Source: Amoebidium appalachense
Taxonomy: Eukaryota > Protista > Ichthyosporea
NCBI GenBank assembly: GCA_963693365.1
Contig: CAVNZM010000008.1
Location: forward strand, 3,439,572 to 3,503,571
Length of the DNA: 64,000 nucleotides
Direction of reading: 5' to 3'
Made by a program: the position numbers and the translations under genes. This document shows, one piece after another, positions 31,901 to 43,928 of this stretch; position 1 is the first letter of the stretch; every line of letters begins with the position of its first letter. Under the pieces are notes generated by a model. It made no database searches. It was not told where the DNA came from and saw only the letters and a program-made list of their open reading frames with translations.

Positions 31901-34900
31901 CGAAAGGGGAATGGGAAGGTGACTTCGACAAAACCCGACCGATAGCACTCTTGGAAACGGCACGGAAGCTGCTAGAATCGGTCATCAACCAGCGCCTACT
32001 CTCGATCTTCCGGCAGTACCCCACCCTCCTCCCGGGGGGGAATTTTGGGTTCGTGCCGGGCCCGGGTATCGACGGGGCGCTGGCTATCATCCGAGAGACG
32101 ATAGAGGATGCCATAGACCACGACCAGGAACTATGGATCGTCCAACAGGACATTAAGAGGGCATATGACACGGTGTCTTGGCCCTCGGTGGAACTGGGGC
32201 TCACCCGCCTGGGCACAGACCCCCAGCTAATCACCCTCCTCCGGCACATGTGGCACAGTCGTACGGCCACGGTGTGCACAGACCAGGGGCACACTGAGTC
32301 TTTCCCTGTTGAAAACGGCCTGGCCCAAGGGGCTGTCCTCTCCCCCATTCTGTGGATTATTTTCTACGATCCAGTTTTAACAGCCATCAAAAGGCACGGC
32401 AAGGGGTACACTTTCCACCTACCCCCACAGACACAGCACCACACACCGGCACAAACACCCCCGTGTGTGACGTCTGTAGCCTTCGCCGACGACACAACAT
32501 GGTTTGGCCCCAACAAGGAGAGCATCCAGCAAACTCTCGATTTATCTGCCCCCTTTTTTTATTACCATGACTTGGAACCACACCCAGACAAGTTTTCAGT
32601 CCTCGCCCGTGGTACCCCAACACGGGCAACAGTGGCCCCCATGCAGTACCGCAAATCCCCGGGAGCACCACCCCTACCCATTCAGATCGAGCTCCCCGAT
32701 GCAAACATCAGAGTGCTAGGGGTCAACATCACCCTCCAACGACACACCCGGCCCAACGATGGGAAGGCCATGCAGCTGACATTACGGGCCACCACCATAC
32801 TAGCCCGTAAAATGCTGGCACCCAGCCAAGTGATCTACGTAGCCAACAGTGTGGGTGGCCCCGGCCATCCTCTTCCTCCTCAAAGGGTCAGTCATCAGCA
32901 ACACCACCATGCAGGCAATCGACAGCAAGTGGAGAGACCTACTCCGTCGGAAGTGTGGTTTCCACCGGAGCACCCCGTCCGGGCTGCTACACCATCCCAC
33001 TCTAGGGGGACTGGCCAGCATCGTCGAATCAGCAGCCAGCACCATGGTTACGGAGCTGTGTGCCCTGCTGGAAACACCAGGACCAGCAGGGGACGTGGTC
33101 CGGTACCGAGCCTGGCAGCAGCAACACGTGACAGGCCTACCCTACCCACCCCTGGCAGTGCAAGCACCCCCAGCCAAACTTTACAGGCTAGGGGGAAAGC
33201 AGCTCCACAACTATTGGGCCCATATCACGGGGATCCTTCACGAGCGGCACCTGAGTATTGGGGAAACCCCTCCCCAAAAAACACAAGCACCCCCACCCCA
33301 CCCTGTAACACACCCCCCCCCCTCCCCCCAAGGAGAAGGAGGGGAAGCAGCAACAACAACCAGCACCCCTATCAACACCGTTTTCCCGGACCACACCTTT
33401 GCAGCCCACATCGGCCCCCCCACACACCCCCGTCAGCTCTACACGGTGGAGGACACCATGGTACGGCCGGGGGTGTTCCGGGCGTTCCCCGAACTGCCCC
33501 ACCCCCCAGACCTACTACACCCGGGAGCTACACAGTGGTACAGGTCCATCATCAAGGGGGCCATCCCCATCGCAGACAAACTACGGCCAGCACTCAGACC
33601 ACACACCCACCACACCATTGACCTCGTGCCAAACCACCCCGTCGGTGCATTCGTGGTGGAAATAGTCAAGAACGGGCAATACGAACTCAGCCAGGTGGTG
33701 GCCCACACCACCCACAACGGGGAGGCTTGGGTCAAAATAGCCCATCTACGGGACAACACAGAGGAGGAGGGGCTGAGATGGCACCGACCCACGTGGAACG
33801 ACCCACATGGAACAGCCCATTTCCACTTTTGCCCTGGTGACTGCAAATACGGCCACTCCCCATGGAACCTAGCCTACACCCCGGCCACCCTCTCCCCCAA
33901 CCCCGGGTACGCAGACGGAGAGGGGGAAGGGTTAGACACGGAGCCAGAATCGGAGTCGACGGGGCCCAGCGACGACTCCGACGACTCAGAGGACTCTAAC
34001 ACCGACAGCACCAACAGCAAATACGAGCCCCCTGAGCCCCCAGCCGATAATCACACCCACAACAAGCAGTGTGTGGGGTGGACCCGTGCTGTGGAGGTGA
34101 TACGGGCAGACCCCTACGTGGCCTTCAAGACCCGAATCACCACCCACATGGTAGTCCCGAAGTACCACAAGGACTTCATCAACACCGACAGTATCGACAT
34201 CTACCAAGTCATCGCACTGAAGGATGGCTCCGATCCGGCCGAGCAGTGGAGGAAGATACACCATTTCCGGCGGCATCTTCCCCCCCACCAACAGGCATCA
34301 CCCCAGATGCTCCACCTGCAAGCCAACGAGGAAGCCACACCCTTACCGGGGGACCTCCCCGGCCCACCCCCCCCCCCAGCAGCCACCACCGGTAGGGTCA
34401 CCACCAGGACACAAGTGCACGGCCCACCCGGCTGACCTGCCGAGCCCACCCACTCCCCGTAGGCTCACCTACACCGACTTGGTGCCCCAGGCCACCTATG
34501 ACGAGTGGCAGCACTGGCAGCAAATCACCCTGATCCCCCCAGACCAACCGATCACCGTTTATACGGACGGCAGCCTCATCCACCCGGGCAGGAGGATAGC
34601 CCAGGCCGGAGCCGGGGCGGTACTGGACACCCCGGACCGGAAAGCACCTCCAGTGACGGCCAAGACCAGGCTCCATACGGCCCTATCATCCACCCAAGCC
34701 GAACTCACAGGGGTACTACTAGCCCTCCTGCTCACCCCCACCACCACCCCCATCCACATCAAGCTCGATAACCTCGGAGTAGTCGACCGATGGACGGCAA
34801 ATATAGACCCCACCACACCCCCTCGACGCAAGCTAAAGTTCCCCCACATAGTGGAATGGGCTCACGTACGAGACCAACTCTCTCTCCGGCAACCAGGCTC

Positions 34901-36045
34901 TGTACAGGTATCGTGGGTGAAGGGGCACCAATCCAACACCAAACGGTACGGTCAACGGAATAACGAGGCAGACAAGGCAGCCAATGCAGGAAGAGTCCTC
35001 CCCCCTCCCCCCCCCCCTACCTCCGGCCCCGGGGGGGGGGGGGGAGGGGGGGGGGGGGGGGGAATACTTCCTACGACTACAAGGCCACCGTATCCCCGGC
35101 AGCATTCCCGGTACACTGAACCGGTTGAACAAGGACTTCCTCACCGACATGGCCGGCAAGACCAAGGCTATGTCCATACTAGCCGACCCCAGACTGCTCC
35201 CAGCCGAACGGAACCCCCTCAAGCTCAACAAGGGGCCCACACAGGCAACCATCGGGGCAGTCAGAGGAAACACTCGTAGCCTGTCCCTGGCCATGGGCAC
35301 CCTGCCTACCATGGCACGGCTACACCGAGATCACCCCACCGTCGTTACACAGCCCACATGCCCCCGGTGCAGCCAGCACCCTGAGACCACCACCCACCTC
35401 TGGGCCTGCCCGGCCCATGCCGGGGAAGTCCCCACCCTGACCACCGCCATCACAGCCTGCATCCACAACGTCCTGCACACTCGTCATCCAAACACCCCCA
35501 CGGCACAGCACCACCATACGGCAGCCACGGTGGTAGACCAATGTGCATGGATAAACTGGATAGGAGGCAACGGTGACCCACCTGACCCCGAAGACACCAA
35601 GTGGGTCGAACGGGGATTCTGCCCACGATCGGTGGGCCCACTATTTGCAGCCACTGGCACCACCAAGACCACCACCCGGGCCATCTTAGGAAAAATCACA
35701 GTAGAGTTGCAATCCTTTTTCTTTTCAAAAATTTGGCACCCACGGAACACAACACTCCCCCCCACCCACCCTAAAATGCAAAAACACCACCATATACCCA
35801 CCACCCGTAGAAAGAAAAGTATGGCTCTCCAAAAACCCAAAAAACCAACAAATACACCCCCCACACACACCCGGCCGGCCTGTTCTGAATGCCGGAACAC
35901 CCACAGACCCGGTGTGCCCTGTAAAACCCACCTTTTAGTCCACAAAAACATCGCCACAACATACGTACACCAACACATAATGTTAGGCAGCAACCCCCCA
36001 CCACCACCACCACCACACCCCATCATCCACCCATACCCACCGTAA
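26000..36045 (+). CDS. LINE ORF2 polyprotein: AP endonuclease, Gln/Pro repeat array, reverse transcriptase, RNase H, C-terminal zinc finger (about 6 frameshifts, mostly in homopolymer runs)
   Basis: APE: IGTLNLAG, VILTET, VAGDFN, SRIDYVYV, TDHHL. RT: KAPDPTEIQYE, RPIALLETARK, QQDIKRAYDTV, GLAQGAVLSP, AFADD. RNase H: VYTDGS, STQAEL, LDN, WVKGH, NNEADKAA. Zinc finger CPRCSQHPETTTHLWAC. Start codon (26000 or 26111) uncertain. Confidence 0.9.
27687..31270 (+). repeat. Coding tandem array, 216-bp (72-aa) unit, ~17-18 copies, inside LINE ORF2
   Basis: Consensus QQQPTTPTLQQLPAAADCSPGRPAQHGPPSRQHQQEPPSQQQQPQAAAPAGSPHRQPQQGPPSLQALPGPPS; equivalent positions at 27911 and 28127 are 216 nt apart. Confidence 0.97.
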
Positions 36046-36471
36046 ATATTATACACAACACCTAGGACTTCCCAATACTGTAGATCGACCAATGAGAGCC
36101 CTCGGTTAACGTTTATTGCTAGGTTTTGAATGGAGGGGAGGACTGGAGCCTCCTGCCGGCGTGGCTGGGGTAGTAGCCCTGGGCAAAGTGTGTACTTATA
36201 GTTAGGTTGTGAAGGATGGTTTAGCTTAGCTGAACTCATAGATAGCACCTTATTACTAGTGTACTGTCGGTGCTGTGTGGTAGACGGTAGTTTCCCTAGG
36301 GCCCTCCAGGAACAAAACGTGATAAAAAATAAAATAAAAATAAAAATACATATGCAATGTACACCCGCATAGAATAGAATTTTGTGCGCACACGATACAC
36401 ACACACACCCATACGCATGCAAACGCACTTGAGTATAGGCGTGCACACTGCGCATACTCGCACCAAGGTCA

Positions 36472-36505
<34 letters not shown>

Positions 36506-36619
36506 GCATATATATACGCATGCACACACACACGTCAATGCACAAGGACATATATGCACGCTATACATATATGTCTCCCAGGACCCTCCATGGGTCTCTC
36601 TTGCGTCCTCTTTTTTACA

Positions 36620-36728
<109 letters not shown>

Positions 36729-36789
36729 CCCCCTCTCGCGGTACACACACATAACACACACACACACATACACATGTACACACACACAC

Positions 36790-36923
<134 letters not shown>

Positions 36924-37555
36924 AGCTCCGGGCATTTGAAAGTAGCATGAATCAGTTTGATATGCAGTATCCATATCAAATAAATGTTCGTTGCCCTTCC
37001 GCGCATGCGGCGCAGTGCACCAGCGCGACAAGGGGGCGGTGATGTCGCTAATAATTGGAGAATTTACTCACGGACCACGGGACCAGGCACGTACGGATCT
37101 AAGAAGGGCACGTACCCTTTCAGTTTCCGCACATTTTTCGTTTGTGGAAGCTTTTTCAGGCTCCCACGTACTGAATGGCGAAGGCGTGATCCCTCGATCC
37201 ATGCTCTTTGTGGCGGGGAACTTGCTCACGTTCACAAACTTCACAGGGTTTGTCAACGCTGGGGGTCAACTTGATATTTGGAAGGGTTCCAACTTCGCAT
37301 CAGACTTCGCATCAGAATTTCCGGATACTTGCATACAGGATATCCGCAATCAACGCCCATGATTGGTCACTCTGAACAGAGAATGGCAAAAAAGCACAGT
37401 GGAGGTATGTGATCTGAAACATCGCATAGCGGTCAAAAATCAATGTAATATAGTTGTTAAATCACATAAAAACAACGTAATATATTTATTATATAATATA
37501 TAATACCAAAATCCAAAATTATAAACCCACAGAGCAGCTCTGTGACACAAAAATA

Positions 37556-37848
37556 ATCACAGAGCCGCTAAAATGCCCTGTGGCGGGGTTCTGGGGGCTT
37601 GTGTGCAGCTTGCCCCCCGATATCTAATATAAAAAGCTGATTTTTATTTTTCCAACTTGAAAATTTTAATATTCTAGGGGGGTTTCAGGGGGCTCGCCCC
37701 CCGCATCATGAATCAACTAGTTAGGGGTCTTATTTTAAATTCTACACTATCTGATAACTAAAATAAAAAGAGAAAAGGGTTCGGGGGGCTTGCCCCCCGC
37801 ATATCTATAGGTAATTCCGGCCACAGAACACTTTTGCGGCTCTGTGAT
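37556..37848. mobile_element. Small foldback/MITE-like element with 29-bp inverted ends and three internal GC hairpins
   Basis: ATCACAGAGCCGCTAAAATGCCCTGTGGC (37556-37584) matches the reverse complement of 37820-37848 at 25/29. Internal GGGGGC-N-GCCCCC motifs at ~37590, ~37688 and ~37783. Confidence 0.65.
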
Positions 37849-37849
37849 C

Positions 37850-38030
37850 GCCAGACCCAATCGAAAACGAATCAGAGGCATCCCCACGAACTTTCAGTTT
37901 GTTCAGGTATCTCAGTATGCACTTGTTACTGGATAACTCGTGAAGTTTTTATTAGTCTACTTGGTCGTCGGGGAGCTTTCCAAGTAACTGCCAGTCCTTA
38001 GCCTCCAGTCGTATGGCAATGACCGGGTTT
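37850..38030 (-). pseudogene. Decayed coding fragment
   Basis: Reads NPVIAIRLEAKDWQLLGKLPDDQVD**KLHELSSNKCILRYLNKLKVRGDASDSF, with two adjacent TAA at 37949-37954; family not recognised. Confidence 0.35.
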
Positions 38031-39754
38031 GCTTACATGCATTCTGTAATTGTACATGTGTTTTTCTGTGTGTCCTGCCACAACTAGGCCACCTTATCAG
38101 AGAGCTAGATGCAGTTTCTCCGGGTTATCTCCGTTGGGATTGTTTTTTAGCTCAGATTTGGTCTGCATTGCTCTTTTAGAGGCTGACTTGCTTGCTGTGC
38201 CTCGATAGGTTTTGAGGGGGGCCTGTTGGGAAGGAGCACTAATGATGTCTTCTTGCAGAGTGTGGTCTGGTCAACATCGATGCATATGACTAGTTGGAGC
38301 AAACTAGTTTCACGCATACACGTACACTTAAGGTTTTGCCCGCTGGTTTCCTTTGTCACTTGTCGCTTTATTTTTATTTCGTAGCTTTGGCTTTTCGGTT
38401 CTATTGGTGGTTATATGTAGCCTGTGGCTGCACGTTGTCTTCATCAACGGATCAATAAACCCGAGTCAAAAGAAAAAAGTTTTTATTGTCTTCTCAGTAT
38501 GCCGTGCATACTTGCTATCTTTCCGTTCGAATAGATCCAGTCAAAAGAAAACTTTCAGCCAAAAGTGAGCTCGTCCAACTGAAAAATTACCCATTTTCAT
38601 TGGTGAATTTGAAAACTTGTGGGTTCATGCCTCAGGACCCTAACTTTGCATTTCGCGTCACCTATAAGGCACGCGATGGAATGTGACCGGAATTACATGC
38701 CTTTATCAACGGATCAATAAAACCGAGTCAAAAGAAAATTACATGTAGAGAATAGCATACATACCGTGAAATTTGAGGTCCTGTGATCACTATCAAAAGT
38801 CTAGGATCTGGATCTAAGGGGACCAGCATCTAATTGGATACAAGATTATATGCCAAATTACTGATTGGGCGATGTGATCCAATCAGGAGAATGTATGAGA
38901 ATATCCTGTACGCGAGTGTCTGAAGGGGTCGCATCAGGATTCAGGACTAGTACTCAGGAGGCTTGCTAGCGAGGCGTACAAGTGCCTGCTTCTGTGTGCA
39001 AACATATCCGGATTACGATTCCGGATGATTGCGAATTTTGTAAAAAAATAGCGTGGGGGAAAAAAGCATGTTGCACACCAGTTTGACAGTGGTCCGATAG
39101 AGCTTTCTGGCAGCGGACGTGTAGTGTATATGTACTGACTTGATCGCGAAGTGGGCCAGCCTGAAGTTCAAGAAGCTGCCATCATTCTGAGTTGCTGGCT
39201 CATCAGTCCAGAGGGCCGGGCTCAGCTTACTACGGGAGTCCCTTCTTCCCCAACTCATGATCATTAACAACGCTGGACTCACTCATCACTCACAAATCCT
39301 GGCTGGGGCTATGGTGTAGAGAAGGCTGCGAATCTTCGCTTAATGTTGCGATTCTCAGCCCCCTGGCACGTACAGACGTATGTACCTGGATCAGCTGCAG
39401 TCTCAGGGGCACGTACTGCATGTACTGCAGTCTGAGCACTGGGCCGTGGCATGTCACAGTGATCAACTGATTGATCATCATGAGCACAACTGAACTTTCA
39501 CATCGCTGCTCGGAGTGACGTGCGCCTGCCCGGGGACGTGATCACTTCGCCAAATGTAGTTTGATAGACCACATAATACCGCAACACACACACGTCACAT
39601 TCACAACAGACACCCAGAAAGATAGCCTACCTGTAAATTACAACATCCTTGATTTTATACTAAACATGCGTAACTACGACCTGTTTATTAGATGTATTGA
39701 TTGGCTTGAGAAACACATCACTACAAAATTATAGCGCACGCGCACACACACACA

Positions 39755-39809
<55 letters not shown>

Positions 39810-39841
39810 CCAGCTGATACCGAGTGTCCCGAGGGGAGCCC

Positions 39842-39885
<44 letters not shown>

Positions 39886-41086
39886 GGGGAACCCCAACTA
39901 ATTGATTTCTCCTTGTAGTCTTTATGGTGTCTCGTAGAGAAAGTAAACCCTGATATATAGTCACCACCCGACATCTATGTACGTGATCATGATATACCGC
40001 TGAGGGGATATTCCGAGCAAAACCCCCCCCCCCATACCTGAGACTGGTTCTCTTTGCCTCGAGTAAACAGCGTAAACCCCCTTCGCAGCCTGGACTGTCA
40101 AGTTGAAACTTGGCGGGCCGCCTGCCATGACCACCTGGCACAGTACCACCCGGCCGAATATTCTATTATGCATACCATATAGTATATGAGATTCATGCAT
40201 TGTTCAAACTTCAAAGTACACGTTTGCTGAACACAGTGACAGAGTACTGGAAAAATCTATCCATATATATGCACAACAGGGAAACATAACTTGTATAATG
40301 ATGTCTAGCTGTGGTTAGGCTACCACTGATCACAACTAAGTCTTATAGTACATGTCCAAAACGGGGAAACCGTATCAGCCAGGAAGTTCTATATCTATCT
40401 GTCACTACACAGAGTTAAACCGAGTCAACCTAATTAGATTCATAGCGTGGCGCCGGCCTGGCCATGGGACGGTGTGTGCACTAGTGGCACGGTCGAATGT
40501 GTGTGTGGCCACTGTGTGTGTGTGTGTGTGCGTGTGTCACGGTGTGGGTGGGTGACACTGTGCGTGTGTGCGTGTGTGTGTGTGTGTGTGTTCGTGTGTG
40601 TGTGTGTGTTGCGTGTGTGTGCACGTGGGGGGGGGGGGACCCGGGTCCGTTGGGTGGGTGGTTGCCCGGGTAGGTGGATGGGTGGGTGTGTACGTGTGTG
40701 TGTGTTTGTGTACATGTACATGTGTGCGTGTGCGCACTGCCTGTGTGTGTGTGCCACGTGTGTGTGACACTGTGTGTGTGTGTGTGTGTGTGTGTGACAC
40801 TGTGCGTGTGTGGTGCGTGTGCGTGTGTATGTGTGCGTGTGTACATGCCATTGGGCCAGGGTGTGTGTGTGTGCCTGTGTGTGCCCGGTGTGTGTGCTCG
40901 ACTTGTGTGCATGTGTGTGTCAGTGGTATGTCAGTGTGTGCGCGCACGGCGCGCGCGCGTGTGCGCGACACTTCGAATCCAGGTGTGCCACAAATGCCGT
41001 TTGTGCGCGCGCGCGTGTACATGTGCATGTGTCACGGTGACTGTCAGCCTTCAGCCGACGCGCGAGGGGGGGGGGGGGGGGGGGGG

Positions 41087-41148
<62 letters not shown>

Positions 41149-41150
41149 CT

Positions 41151-41263
<113 letters not shown>

Positions 41264-41284
41264 TCGGGGGGGGGGGGGGGGGGG

Positions 41285-41315
<31 letters not shown>

Positions 41316-41335
41316 GAGAGAGAGACCGGGATCGC

Positions 41336-41414
<79 letters not shown>

Positions 41415-41934
41415 GAAGAGAGAGAGAGAGAAGAGAGGGGGAGAGAGAGTCGGTGAGAGCAAGAGAGACTCGGAGAGAAAGACCTTGCGGGCACTCTGAG
41501 ACTGTCTCGACGGTCAAAAGAAAAACCTGGGGGCCCGGGGGCTCCGAGCTAGGAGAGGGGCAGTCGCAACCTCCCCTCCCCCCCCCCCCCCCCCCCCCCC
41601 GCCCCGCCCCCACCACCACCACCACCACCACTATCACCGTGGCATCTGATACCATCACCTCCACCACCACCAGGGCCTGGAGGCTCCTGCATGTTTTTAA
41701 AGGTCTTTTTTTTTTTTTTTTTTTTTTGAATCCCCCTGAAAGAAATGAATTCGAAATTAGGGGGGGGGGGGGGGGGGGGAAGTTTTAGGGAGGGAGGGGG
41801 TGGGGGGGGGGGGGGGAAGCTTTAGGGAGAGAGGGGGGTGGGGTGGGGGGGGGGGGGGGGGGGGGGGAGGGGGGGGGGGAGCCTCCTGCTGCAGTGACCA
41901 TGCAGGTCCTGTTTTCTCCGGAGTTTTTTTTTTT

Positions 41935-41977
<43 letters not shown>

Positions 41978-42060
41978 CTTTGAACGAAAGAAAGAAAAGG
42001 AAAAGGGGGGGGGAAAGAAGAAGAAAAAATGATTTGCCCCCTCCCTCCCTTCCCCCCCCC

Positions 42061-42098
<38 letters not shown>

Positions 42099-42283
42099 GG
42101 AAGCCTCCTGCAGGCCTTGTTTTCTCTCTTTTTTTTCCTTCTTCTTCAATCTTTTTTCTTTTTGTTTTTTGTAACAGTTTTTTTGAAAGTTAAACAAAAG
42201 ATAGAAAAATTAAAGATATTTTAACTTTGAGGAGGGAAAAAACACAGGGTGAGGTGGGGGTGAGGGGGGAAGGGGGAGGAGGA

Positions 42284-42326
<43 letters not shown>

Positions 42327-42332
42327 CTCAAC

Positions 42333-42628
42333 CTGGTCATAGATAGACTTCACGGTTCCGAAAGGCCACTGTTGGTGACCTATTGGGAAGGGCAGGAGAG
42401 AGTACTGGTGAAAAAGAACATTCAACAGCGGCTCCGGGACAGATCCCACTAAAATCACAACTGCAACAACCAGTGGTTATTTTTTTGCTTGTAGACGATT
42501 CGGAACCCAAATTCCTTTTTTCTTCGACGCAAAATGCATGTGCCCGGCCACCACCGCCCCGGGACGTACAGTCCACAGCCTGAGCAGCTCAAATTGGGGG
42601 CCGGGGGGTAGCCAGTTTTTTTTTTTTT

Positions 42629-42659
<31 letters not shown>

Positions 42660-42895
42660 CACCTCATGGGTATGGTGGCCCAGGAACTTTTCGTCACCCT
42701 TGTGATTGCATCAAGTCGTTGGAACACGATGAACTTTTCTGTCTGTTGGCCAGGAGCAAAAAGCTACCAACTGATTGGGCAACCGAATTTCAAGTTGGCC
42801 TAATTTAGTGATGGCTTGCCGCGGCACAAGAGGGCCCACACAGGGGTCACCCCCGAGTACAGCCAACTGTTACATTGTCTGAATTGATTTTATAA
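42333..42895 (+). pseudogene. Decayed coding fragments
   Basis: LVIDRLHGSERPLLVTYWEGQERVLVKKNIQQRLRDRSH* and PHGYGGPGTFRHPCDCIKSLEHDELFCLLARSKKLPTDWATEFQVGLI**WLAAAQE, with in-frame TAG TGA at 42806-42811. Confidence 0.35.
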
Positions 42896-43928
42896 AGCTT
42901 ATTCAAATTAATTATAATCAAAGGGGTTTTAGTCATTGCCTGAGTGCAGGGTGCCAGTGCATCATGGCCACAACTATACTCAACATGGTTGTAGGCTGGT
43001 TGCCACCGTCAGGCGGAAGATATGTAGTACCCGGTCCCCGAGAAAGGATGAGAATCGATTGATTTCGGAATCGGTAATTTTTATTGAACCGTTCGTCAAG
43101 TGAAAGACAGAGTCAACCATAAACCGTTACAATGTAATTGAGGCTCGTTACGTTATGGAACCTCGTACCGCCACGCGTGTGGTCAGCGGCAGGACGGTGT
43201 GTGTGTATGTGTATGTGTGCAGGGGGCGGGCGGGCGGGGGGCCCGGGGGGCAGGGGGGGGGGGGGGGGATGAGTCACATGATAATCATTCCTGGGCCACA
43301 GGCTGAGTGTCTCCGAGTCATATTGAATTTGCCACAGCTGTGACAATGTCACTGACGATGTACGTGAAGTTTTCTTGGCATAATTTTGCAAATAAACTTT
43401 TTGGTATAAGCGGTCCCATCACGGGGAAAGTGACAAGTTCAGGTTCATTTCAGCGCAATGCCATCTGTGTATTGTATTGGTAAGGTACCGTTTTGACTGA
43501 TCAAGAGACCTTGAGTATGACTAACTTATTATGACTAACTAATACAAAAAAAAATTCCGTGAATCCGAGGTATGGCACTGCCATGATGGTAGTACTGATA
43601 ACATGCACCCTGCGCCTTTTCGTGGCTCGCACTGGGTTATGGTTTCGCATATAAATTTCGGTTGGTTGCCTTGTTACTGGCATCACGCTACTATACAAAG
43701 TGACAGACACTGGCGATCGAAAGTTGAACTGGGTTTAGATCCCCCCCCCTCATTCCCCTACCAAAAAAAAAGTGTGTGACTTCATCCCCAGCCCTCTCCA
43801 GCAGTGCACGGTCTTGCACTATGCCAACTATCATAAATAAATGATTTCCGTGCAATGATTCTAAGGCCCCTGGCCGGGAGTTGCAAGTTACCTAAGATTG
43901 AATGTTTACAACAAGTGTACCCAATTCG

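Larger units (their letters stand above)
23059..36346 (+). mobile_element. Full-length non-LTR (LINE) retrotransposon: gag-like ORF1 plus APE-RT-RNase H-CCHC ORF2
   Basis: Perfect 14-bp TSD TACATATGCAATGT at 23045-23058 and 36347-36360; (TAAAA)n-like tail 36323-36346; ~630-nt 5' UTR with CCAAT boxes; all expected domains present in order. Confidence 0.95.

Noticed and set aside
36148-36195. HDV-like ribozyme core (GCC UCCUGCC GGC GUGGCU GGGG...GGCAAA) in the LINE 3' UTR
   Set aside because: P3/L3 and P4 look right, but I could not find the P1 5' strand or a P2 pairing, and such ribozymes usually sit at the 5' end of retroelements.
37395-37441. RSS/Transib-like CACAGTG heptamer with a nonamer-like TCAAAAATC 31 nt later
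   Set aside because: No matching opposite terminus, TSD or RAG/Transib coding sequence was found.
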